The notes: generated by a model from the letters alone, not told the origin. 64,000 bases of DNA from an uncultured Bacteroidota bacterium (GCA_937864815.1 CALMJY010000173.1:687-64686); one strand, 5' to 3'; shown: positions 1 to 8,020, counted from the first letter of the stretch. Made by a program: numbers and translations.

Positions 1-165
1 TGAGTATTAGAATCTAGATTTAAATGTTTTAATTTTTAACTATTTAAATCATAACCAACAACTTGTATAGCGAAGTCAGCTTTCTCATTTCTAAGAGGAA
101 ATCTGTCAGGATTAACCCATCCAATAATTTCCTGGATACCAGAGTAGCTTAATTGACCTAATTTA

Positions 166-1238
166 ACGTGAGTTCGATATAAAGTTAAAAATATAAACCC
201 TTAGATTGATCGATTATTTCAAGATTAAGAGATGGCTTCTTAGGTAAATAGGAATAAGCGATTAGACCAGATAACAAGTTGATTATAAACCCTTCCTGAC
301 TTCTATGGCGAGTATGTTCTATTTGGCAAATATTTTTAAGTTCATCCAGAACCGACTCAATAAGGGCTCTTTTTCGGAGCAATATTTTGTCTGAAAGGAG
401 CATCAGGGAGTTTTTCATGTTCTTTCTCAGTTTTGTGATCAGATGGATCCCGTCTATGAAGAGCTTCTCAAATAGAGATTGTGATATGTATCCTTTATCT
501 CCAAAGAGCTTTCCATAGATCCTGGCTAATAGGTTAGTACCAAGAAGCGGTTGTCTGTCATCGACATTCCCGGGAGTGAGCATAAAGTCGAGTATCTCTC
601 CTTTGTCGTTGATGACAAAATGCAGTTTAAGCCCGAAGAACCATCCGATGCTGCACTGTCCCTTTGTGGCAAGGCCTTTTAAAACCTTATGTGAGTGAGC
701 CCGCTTAATATGACAAGCCTTAATATGGGAGGAGTCTACATAGGATATTCCAGTGCAATTACCCAGACAGCGTGTTTTAAGAAAAACAGCCATAGGTAAT
801 AAGACCTTTTGCATTAACTCAACAAACCGGTTATATGATACGAGTCCTGGAAAGTCACCATGCATATGTTCACAGACATGAAAAAGATAATAATGTTTGA
901 AGTCTCTGTAACGCATTAAATGAAAATAAATTACAATGGTCATTACCTCACTCTCATTTAAACTGCAAGGCTTGATCCGTTTCCGCGAACCATCTCCAAT
1001 CTGGTGTGTTCGTAACTCGTTGATGAATACATCGTTAAAATCATCAACATTACAAAATATTTCTATAAGTTTGTCTTTTAAATCATTCATGGATTCTTTC
1101 TGTTTTTGTTGGTTGGCACTACAAATTTGGAAAGAATCCTTTTTTATAACTCATTGTAAATCATATAGTTATTAACATAATGATATTAATTTGTTAATAA
1201 CCAGTGATTTATATAATATTGTTATGTCGAACTCACGT
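166..1238 (-). mobile_element. IS982-family insertion sequence (1073 bp)
   Basis: It has perfect 12-bp terminal inverted repeats, ACGTGAGTTCGA (166-177) and TCGAACTCACGT (1227-1238). A 7-bp direct repeat TAATTTA sits at 159-165 and 1239-1245. It contains one transposase ORF. Confidence 0.85.
185..1090 (-). CDS. IS982-family DDE transposase
   Basis: It is 301 aa. The N-terminus ..KLIEIFCNVDDFNDVF.. and the size are typical of IS982 transposases, and it is bounded by the TIRs above. Confidence 0.85.
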   Translation of the reverse strand: MNDLKDKLIEIFCNVDDFNDVFINELRTHQIGDGSRKRIKPCSLNESEVMTIVIYFHLMRYRDFKHYYLFHVCEHMHGDFPGLVSYNRFVELMQKVLLPMAVFLKTRCLGNCTGISYVDSSHIKACHIKRAHSHKVLKGLATKGQCSIGWFFGLKLHFVINDKGEILDFMLTPGNVDDRQPLLGTNLLARIYGKLFGDKGYISQSLFEKLFIDGIHLITKLRKNMKNSLMLLSDKILLRKRALIESVLDELKNICQIEHTRHRSQEGFIINLLSGLIAYSYLPKKPSLNLEIIDQSKGLYF

Positions 1239-2549
1239 TAATTTATAGTCAGGATTGTGGCATAAATTATGTATCCTAATCTCGATGTCATCATTTGAGT
1301 ACAGAAGATATTTTAATGATGATCTTATTTTTTCTATCTTATTGTCATGTACAAAAGAAATATCTGCATAAAACCTTTGCACTCTTTTTTCAGATGAATG
1401 TAGATTCTTATATACAACTCTAGCCTCTTCAATAGATAATGTGTCGATGTGCCTGGTCGAAAGTAGTTTAGAATAAATTTCTTTGGATCGTTTTGCCATA
1501 CGTAGGGTATGATTATATGTTGTTTTATCCCATTTACAGTATTCCAAAAACAGCTTAGGAATTTCCTTTTTCCTTTCATTTAAATTTAGTCTTGGTTTAT
1601 TTTCTTTAAACCAAACCGTCTTAATCCAGTGCCAAAAATGATCTATAGTAAGGTAAATAGGGACTCCTGGGTATTCTCGAGAAGAAATATCTTTTACAAT
1701 TTCTTTTACATCATCAATTTGGCGCCAGAAAATTAGATACTGTTTTGCTTTAGGATTGATTTTCTTCTTTTGTTGTAAGGTTCTATTACCTAGGACTTTC
1801 CTTTGAAAAACCTTTTGTTCTCCTTCAGATTGTTTTAGTCTATGCAACGCTTTTTCATATATGTGTTTATAATTTTCTAGGTCTATTGGTTGAAGGATGT
1901 ATGATTGATTGAATAAATGATTAAAGTGATCAACCATTTCGTCAAGTGTTTGCTGGTCTTCCAATAATACATTAGTTTCTATATTTTTAAAAAGTCCGCC
2001 AGATGTAAAGTTAGATGAACCTATTACACAGTATTTTGGTCTATTATTTCGGTAAAAGAGAATGAATTTTGAATGAAAGGAGTCACCTAGAAAATGAATG
2101 CTAATTCTTGATTTTATTTGAATACTTTTTAAAGAATAGTAATTTGTTGGTGGTCTTAATGAAACTATTAATTGTATGTTTTTCGATTGATCTGCCCAGC
2201 CGGAAATGATGTCTGAATCTGAGTAAAAAGCTGAAGCAATTTTTATAGAATCTGCATCTTCTCCTAATTTGAGCAGCAATTCTCTAAGGTTGTCATGCTC
2301 ATTATTGGTTTGTATCATATTGTAAAGATTATTTAAAAGGTTCTCAAGTGACCGTTAAAGTCCCACCAATTTGGGAAGGTTTTGTCACCCGACTTATATC
2401 TGTGCAAGAGCCTAGTATTTTAGTTTGAAAGCTGTAACGTTACAAGAAGAGTATGGCGCACATGTTGCCGATTTGATAGAGCATAACGACTGTCACTGTA
2501 TAATTTATCTAGGAGTTAGAAATCTGTCAATGCACAGGATTTAATTATT

Positions 2550-2657
2550 GGGCAGATGCGAATGTCCGAGTGCAACAACCATCACAAATTTGTCTTGAGA
2601 GCAGGAGCAAAGGCAAAAACCGTGACGAGCTTATGAATTATACCGTCCGTGTTAGCC
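2550..2657. repeat. Dispersed intergenic repeat, copy A (family with 7735..7822, 28548..28656 and the 3' part of 4480..4756)
   Basis: The core is GGGCAGA..GTCCGAGTGCAA..ACAAATTTGTCTTG..GCAGGAGCAAAGGCAAAAACCGTGACGAGC..CCGTCCGTGTTAGCC. In gene orientation it starts with GGCTAAC 7 nt after the DUF1848 stop codon. Confidence 0.8.
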
Positions 2658-2664
2658 ATAGCTT

Positions 2665-3591
2665 TTATTTAAATCTTAAATTACTTTGGAAGTAATCGTT
2701 TTTGTCTTTTATAATGCAATCCTTTGTGATCTGACCGGTTATCAAAGGCGATAAAGGATCATGTTTCAAAATGTTATTTTTTACAGCGGTTAGACTGTAA
2801 TTTGCATAACAATAGAGGCAATTATGACTGCAGGTGTTATATTCTCCAATATCTGTGCTTTCTATACAGCCACAAGCATTTCTTTGATATTTGTCTTTAC
2901 TTGCTTTTATTTTATAGCCAATAATTCTTTCAATCAAGTCTTGATCGACACAATGGCCATGTTCAAAACCGAAATCCATTAGGTCAATATCTTCAGAGCA
3001 GGTTTCAATTTTTAAGTCATAAAGTCCTGTAGCATTTTTAAACCCATGACTAAGTTCGATTATGTCATGATTATTGGGTACCCTTGCTTCAAGCGTCTTT
3101 ATATTCTTCTCACATTTTTTATATAAATCCAAAAAGCTGATTATGCATTTTTCAGTATAGGGGGATAATATTTCTGCTAAATGGTTGAAGTATTTTATAT
3201 GATATTTAATGTCCATTTTTCTTGTAAGGAAGATCGGATCATATCGCCAAATAACTTTACTTTTCCCGATCTTCTGAGATAATTCAATAAATGTTTTAAT
3301 AATCTGGACTTTTTTAGCAACTCTCAATTCAATTGATGAATCATAAGGATTTAAGGTAAATTGGAAATAATATTTATAGTCTTTTAATTCTTCGAGTCTG
3401 GATATTATATTTTTAGGATTTTTAGTCCAAAACACAATACAGTCTATTTTGTTTGGATTTAGATCTATACGTGAAAGTAGTTTACTGTTAAATGGATTTC
3501 TAACTAATACAAATTGCTCTTTTATTCTATTTAGAAACCAATCAGAATAAAAGGCAGGTATATCGGTTCTCCGGCTGGCGCTGATTATCAT
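2665..3591 (-). CDS. DUF1848-family protein with a C-terminal radical-SAM-like Cys cluster
   Basis: It starts MIISASRRTDIPAFYSDWF, the DUF1848 hallmark as I recall it. The C-terminus reads CGCIESTDIGEYNTCSHNCLYCYA and contains CX3CX2C. The likely start is 3591, overlapping the upstream stop as TAATG; the ORF track extends to 3636. Confidence 0.8.
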   Translation of the reverse strand: MIISASRRTDIPAFYSDWFLNRIKEQFVLVRNPFNSKLLSRIDLNPNKIDCIVFWTKNPKNIISRLEELKDYKYYFQFTLNPYDSSIELRVAKKVQIIKTFIELSQKIGKSKVIWRYDPIFLTRKMDIKYHIKYFNHLAEILSPYTEKCIISFLDLYKKCEKNIKTLEARVPNNHDIIELSHGFKNATGLYDLKIETCSEDIDLMDFGFEHGHCVDQDLIERIIGYKIKASKDKYQRNACGCIESTDIGEYNTCSHNCLYCYANYSLTAVKNNILKHDPLSPLITGQITKDCIIKDKNDYFQSNLRFK

Positions 3592-4454
3592 TATAATTTT
3601 TCTATAATAAGTTGTGCACTTGAACAGAATTGCCAAGGATTGAATTTACTTATTTTAGGATTGACTGTAAAAAGAATATTGTTTTTTGGATGTTGATTGT
3701 GATACCAAAAGTAATTACTTAAGCTATGAGCATAGTGATAGCTATATACGTTGACACTTGGTATTTCTTTAGCCATATTTCCTATATCACCATAGTGTGA
3801 TCTGGGATCAACATCTGATAGACCTCTATTGAAGTCATTTATTATTATATATGAATCTTTTGGTAATCTGTTAAGAATATTCTTTATCAGTAACTTTTTA
3901 AGATTGATTATATTTGAATTTGATCTTAAGAGTTCAGAAATCAAGTAACTGATTATCACAATATTTGGAGAATTGTTTTTGAAGAAGGAATCTGTATTGT
4001 CAAGGAATTCATATACATCTTTATATTTTACCTCAAAAGGATTTGATGTATTACTTTTTATCCAGTCATGAATAGGTCTCCAATCTTTATTTATTTCTAT
4101 TCCACAATATTTTATAGATTTTTTAGGATTCAGCTCTTTCTGTAGAGTATCAATTCCTATAAAATCAGGACATGATCCACATCCTAAGGATAAAATGTTT
4201 AATTCACTTAATCTTTTAAGATTGCTGTATTTGACTAATAAATACCAAATTTCGGACGAATATTTATATGTGTATTTGCAACTGTAGAAATACAAAATAT
4301 TTTGACAGTTATACCCGTTTTCTCTCTTCCCATAATGAATGTTCTCGAGACATTTTTCGCAATCACCAGTTTGTGGACATTGATTCTTACAATCTGAGCA
4401 GATTTTTGTTCTTGAATAATTACTGTTACAGTAATTTAGAAATTCATTTATCAT
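3591..4454 (-). CDS. Class I SAM-dependent methyltransferase-like protein with an N-terminal Cys-rich (Zn-ribbon-like) region
   Basis: It carries CSDCKNQCPQTGDCEKC and then a motif-I-like LNILSLGCGSCPDFIG. It is translationally coupled to the DUF1848 gene. Confidence 0.7.
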   Translation of the reverse strand: MINEFLNYCNSNYSRTKICSDCKNQCPQTGDCEKCLENIHYGKRENGYNCQNILYFYSCKYTYKYSSEIWYLLVKYSNLKRLSELNILSLGCGSCPDFIGIDTLQKELNPKKSIKYCGIEINKDWRPIHDWIKSNTSNPFEVKYKDVYEFLDNTDSFFKNNSPNIVIISYLISELLRSNSNIINLKKLLIKNILNRLPKDSYIIINDFNRGLSDVDPRSHYGDIGNMAKEIPSVNVYSYHYAHSLSNYFWYHNQHPKNNILFTVNPKISKFNPWQFCSSAQLIIEKL

Positions 4455-4479
4455 ATTGGTAGGTTTGTTTCAAGTTATG

Positions 4480-4756
4480 GCTAACGGCCAGCGGGTATGG
4501 GCAGTAAGTGTTACCTGACACAGCCAGCAGGCCACCAGTCCTGGTACTTTAACCGAAAAGTTGTCCCTGTGGCAAGGAAGGTATGGCGCAATTTTTGCAA
4601 ATCCCGGCGATAGATTTAATTGTCTCTTTAGCACGGATCTGTCCAGAGCCGAAATCACAAAGTTTGTAAACGAACGAGATTTATCTATCACTATAAAGTT
4701 GTCTAGGTGTAGTGCAAAAATTGTGACAAACTTATTGCCTATACCCGCTTGTTAGC
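4480..4756. repeat. Long imperfect hairpin element D (attC-like or REP-like)
   Basis: The ends are GCTAAC (4480-4485) and GTTAGC (4751-4756). A 19-bp stem pairs 4490-4508 with 4731-4749 and has two G:T pairs on the + strand. The element lies between the stop of 4784..5263 and the start of 3591..4454. Confidence 0.75.
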
Positions 4757-4783
4757 ACAAGTATATTGTTATCCATGAGATAC

Positions 4784-5263
4784 TTAAAAATTTACGATCC
4801 ATACAGAATAATCATCAAGCAGTTTATAATTTTTGGATCTTTTATTCGTAGACTTCAATTCACTTAGAGGGATTTGGAATCGTTTTTTATCAGTAACTCG
4901 TATTACGTCAACAATTAGTCCATCGTATTCGTCATATCGCTCACCAGTTTTTTCCAGAATAAAAGTATCAAGGTATGATGGATTTGATTTTTTTAGTTTT
5001 TCATACTCTTTTAGACTGCCAGGTCCCAGAAGGTAAAATTCTTCCCAACTGAAGTCCTCAATCCCAGTGAGCTCAATTGGGTAAGATAAATTCTGATCCA
5101 GATATTCTTTATAGATGGTAATAGTATCCAATCTTTTAGATAAGTCTTCAGTTTTATTCTGAAATACTGCTTCTATGCGTTTTTCTTGGTTTTTAAAATT
5201 TTTGTCCATTTTAATTGGGTCATTGTTAAAGTGCTGTAATTGGCTAAAATAGGAAAAAATCAT
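4784..5263 (-). CDS. Hypothetical protein (159 aa, acidic)
   Basis: It is a clean ORF co-oriented with its neighbours. I recognise no motif. Confidence 0.6.
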   Translation of the reverse strand: MIFSYFSQLQHFNNDPIKMDKNFKNQEKRIEAVFQNKTEDLSKRLDTITIYKEYLDQNLSYPIELTGIEDFSWEEFYLLGPGSLKEYEKLKKSNPSYLDTFILEKTGERYDEYDGLIVDVIRVTDKKRFQIPLSELKSTNKRSKNYKLLDDYSVWIVNF

Positions 5264-5272
5264 TTAAGAGTT

Positions 5273-5490
5273 GTTAGCACAAGTATTTGTTTGTCGTGCG
5301 ATGGCAAAGTCCCGGTAAACGGCAGTATAGTTATTTTGTTAACAGAATAAGATATATGGCGGCGGGTAGGCCAATTATCTTTCGTACGAGGGGCATGTCC
5401 AGATAAGGGGCAGAAATTATTTTATTAAAGTAGAACATATTAAAGACGGCGCGAAGGCTAATATTTTGTGTATGAAATATTTGTGCTAAC
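5273..5490. repeat. 16-bp inverted repeat pair enclosing ~186 nt of non-coding DNA
   Basis: GTTAGCACAAGTATTT (5273-5288) pairs with AAATATTTGTGCTAAC (5475-5490), with one G:T on the + strand. The right arm is shared with hairpin 5483..5614. Confidence 0.7.
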
Positions 5491-5614
5491 GTTGAGTGTA
5501 TGTGCCGTAAGGGGTTGCGGAGCAGTTTCCTGTCCACCGATACGAAAGTTTGAGCGGGATACAACGCTTGAATACCCACTAAAACCCTTATGGCATATAC
5601 ACTTTGTTGGGCAC
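5483..5614. repeat. Imperfect hairpin element R5 (attC-like, 132 nt)
   Basis: The ends are GTGCTAAC (5483-5490) and GTTGGGCAC (5606-5614). A 19-bp stem pairs 5495-5513 with 5585-5603 and has two G:T pairs. It is homologous to the stem of element D with compensatory changes. It lies 9 nt from the ABC permease stop codon. Confidence 0.75.
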
Positions 5615-5623
5615 ATGAGGTTT

Positions 5624-6790
5624 TTATGTTAGTTTTAAATGTCTTCGCTTGAAAATTATTCCTCCAATTATGAAATAAAAAATCGTTAAAACAATAATCG
5701 AAATGATTTCGGGAATTATACTCGACACATCCATATTCATTATCAATGTTTTGTTTAGCGCTGAAATGGCGTGTGTCGGGGTCATTAATCCTTGAATATT
5801 AACTGAATAACCTGCTATTGTAAACAAGGCCTCACTTTTTAACGGGAAAGCAGCACCGGTAAAAAACATAAATAAGAACATAGGAAAGTTACCAACAACC
5901 AAAACTTCATTGGATGATTTTGTTATGGCTGCAATTATCAGACTAAAAGAAATAATTGACAAACTGGTTAAGCTGGCGATTAAAATCATAATTACAAATG
6001 AACCTTCATACTTAAAACCAAGCATAATCGCTGTAAGCAAAGTCAATAAAACCGAGATAACCCCAACTAGTAACTGAACAGAACTTATTCCTGCCAAAAA
6101 CTGAAAAACACTCAACTTTGAAAGTTTCAACCGCATAATGGTTTTGTTTTCAACTTCTGATACAAATGCAATACTTGCTGTAAACATTAACATTATTAAT
6201 GATACAATAAGAATACCCGGCACCATCATATCGAAACCACTTGCTGTTGCCGAAGTTCCTAATGCCGTTTCTTTCAGATTGACTATTCTTTTGTTATTAG
6301 TTATTTGCAATGCGTATTCATTTACTATTTCGTTTGCCCAAACGGCACTAATCAAATAATTTGTATTAGACAAATCACCGATAAATTCAACATTAACAAG
6401 CGAAGTACTGTCTGAAAGTTTTCGGTTTAGCAACGATTGAGAAAAAACAGTATCAATAATTATCAAAGCATCGGCTTTTTTGTTTTTCAATCTCTCAATA
6501 CCTTCTGTCCTGTTTGATGCTTCATGTACTGTAAATGGGAAAACAACACTATCTGTTTTGAAATTTTTAAAATATCCTATCAATTCATTACCGTAGTTTA
6601 TAGTTTGTCCCTTAACAAAAGCTCCTTTGTCACTATTGGCAATCAAAACTGTATATTGAGGTTTTGATGTTTCCGTTATCAGAAAATAAACGAAAATAAA
6701 AAATGGCCCCATTGATAATGAAAGCAAAAGTACCCAATAGCTTCTGATTTGCTCTTTCAGACTTTTTAAAATTATGCTAATTGTTTTCAT
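5624..6790 (-). CDS. ABC-2 type transporter permease
   Basis: It is 388 aa with an N-terminal TM segment, a large extracytoplasmic loop and a C-terminal cluster of TM segments. It overlaps the ATPase gene by 4 nt. Confidence 0.8.
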   Translation of the reverse strand: MKTISIILKSLKEQIRSYWVLLLSLSMGPFFIFVYFLITETSKPQYTVLIANSDKGAFVKGQTINYGNELIGYFKNFKTDSVVFPFTVHEASNRTEGIERLKNKKADALIIIDTVFSQSLLNRKLSDSTSLVNVEFIGDLSNTNYLISAVWANEIVNEYALQITNNKRIVNLKETALGTSATASGFDMMVPGILIVSLIMLMFTASIAFVSEVENKTIMRLKLSKLSVFQFLAGISSVQLLVGVISVLLTLLTAIMLGFKYEGSFVIMILIASLTSLSIISFSLIIAAITKSSNEVLVVGNFPMFLFMFFTGAAFPLKSEALFTIAGYSVNIQGLMTPTHAISALNKTLIMNMDVSSIIPEIISIIVLTIFYFIIGGIIFKRRHLKLT

Positions 6791-7716
6791 TGCCTTAAAT
6801 TTCTGCCAGTTAAATGAATGAATACATCTTCGAGTGTATTTTCCCGAAGTTTTATTTCTGCGATTTTTAGTCCGCTTTTTTCAGCAATGTTTTTTATTGC
6901 AGGCAATTGTTCAATGATATTTGAATGTTTGATAAATATAGTATCTTCATTGATTTTGATATTCATATCAAGTAGCTGAATACTATCTGAAAAAATCTTA
7001 GTTGAGTTTTCATTGTTGCTTTCAATTACTAATTCAAGAATATCGCCTTCGCCCACAGTTCGTTTAAGGTTTTGAGGAGTATCTAACAAGAGTAATTTTC
7101 CATGGTCTATAATAGCAACCCTGTCAGATAACCTTTCGGCTTCGTCCATGTTATGTGTTGTAAGAATTACTGTCTTTTGTATGCTGTATGTTTTTATAAA
7201 GTCACGGACCAGAATTCTGCTTTGCGGGTCTAATCCGGCTTCGGGCTCATCTAAAATAAGAATTTCGGGGTCATGAATTAGTGCAAGGCAAATGTTAAGT
7301 CTACGTTTCATTCCCCCAGATAAATTACTTGCTCTTACATGAGTTTTATCAGCCAAACCAAAAAGATTTAGCAATTCAATGGCTCTCATTTTAACTGACT
7401 TTGAAGGCAAACCATACATTTGTCCCATAAATAGCAATTGTTCCAAACAAGTCAATTTTGGGTAGAAGATGTTTTCCTGCGGGCAATAACCAATTATAGA
7501 CTTTTTGTCTTTACCATTGCAATTAGCAAAAGTGATTTCCCCTTCTGTAATTGGCAATAGTCCACAAATCATTAAGATTGTTGTTGTTTTACCTGCTCCA
7601 TTTGGACCCAAAAGTCCAAATATTTTATTTCGGTTAATGTCGAAACTTATCCCATCAACGGCTATAAATTCGTCATATTTTTTTTTAAGTCGTTCTATTT
7701 TAATCAATGTTTCCAT
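6787..7716 (-). CDS. ABC transporter ATP-binding protein
   Basis: It has Walker A GPNGAGKTT, signature LSGGMKRRL and Walker B ILILDEP. Confidence 0.93.
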   Translation of the reverse strand: METLIKIERLKKKYDEFIAVDGISFDINRNKIFGLLGPNGAGKTTTILMICGLLPITEGEITFANCNGKDKKSIIGYCPQENIFYPKLTCLEQLLFMGQMYGLPSKSVKMRAIELLNLFGLADKTHVRASNLSGGMKRRLNICLALIHDPEILILDEPEAGLDPQSRILVRDFIKTYSIQKTVILTTHNMDEAERLSDRVAIIDHGKLLLLDTPQNLKRTVGEGDILELVIESNNENSTKIFSDSIQLLDMNIKINEDTIFIKHSNIIEQLPAIKNIAEKSGLKIAEIKLRENTLEDVFIHLTGRNLRQ

Positions 7717-7734
7717 TAATAATTATTCGTTTAT

Positions 7735-7822
7735 GTGCAACACCCATTATAAATTTGTCTTGTGTGCAGGAGCAAAAGCAAAAAGTGTGACAAGCTTATT
7801 AACCCTACCGTCCGTGTTAGTG
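7735..7822. repeat. Dispersed intergenic repeat, copy B
   Basis: The core is GTGCAACACCCATTATAAATTTGTCTTGTGTGCAGGAGCAAAAGCAAAAAGTGTGACAAGCTTATT..CCGTCCGTGTTAGTG. It ends ~18 nt from the ABC ATPase start codon. Confidence 0.8.
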
Positions 7823-8020
7823 TTAATGATTCTATTTTTTTCTTGGTTTGAAGTCTTGTTAATTTGTTAACAGTCACCGTATTGTCTATTTGCAAGCTCT
7901 TTAAAAAGCTTTGGTTGTGCATCAGCCTATGAGGCTTTTAAATGTGCATGCAAATAGTAGATTTCTTTTAGTTTGGAAAGGTCTCGCTATGGGAAATCCT
8001 CTCATTGTCAGAAATAAATT

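Larger units (their letters stand above)
36..2318 (-). pseudogene. HKD (phospholipase D-like) nuclease-family gene split by an IS982 insertion (5' part 1239..2318, 3' part 36..164)
   Basis: There is a single HKD motif, HSKFILF...GSSNFTSGG, in the N-terminal domain. ORF 1233..2318 runs into the IS end (..NPDYKL|T*). The same frame resumes at 164->36 (KLGQLSYSGIQEIIGWVNPDRFPLRNEKADFAIQVVGYDLNS*). Removing the IS plus one TAATTTA copy joins the two parts in frame. Confidence 0.75.

Noticed and set aside
4470-4691. A 73-aa ORF (GTG start) lies inside hairpin element D, and an 82-aa ORF at 5331..5579 lies inside the 5.3-5.6 kb spacer.
   Set aside because: They lie within repeat or hairpin DNA and have no ATG or recognisable motif. 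The similarity between repeat copies is visible in more than one frame, so it reflects nucleotide-level homology.
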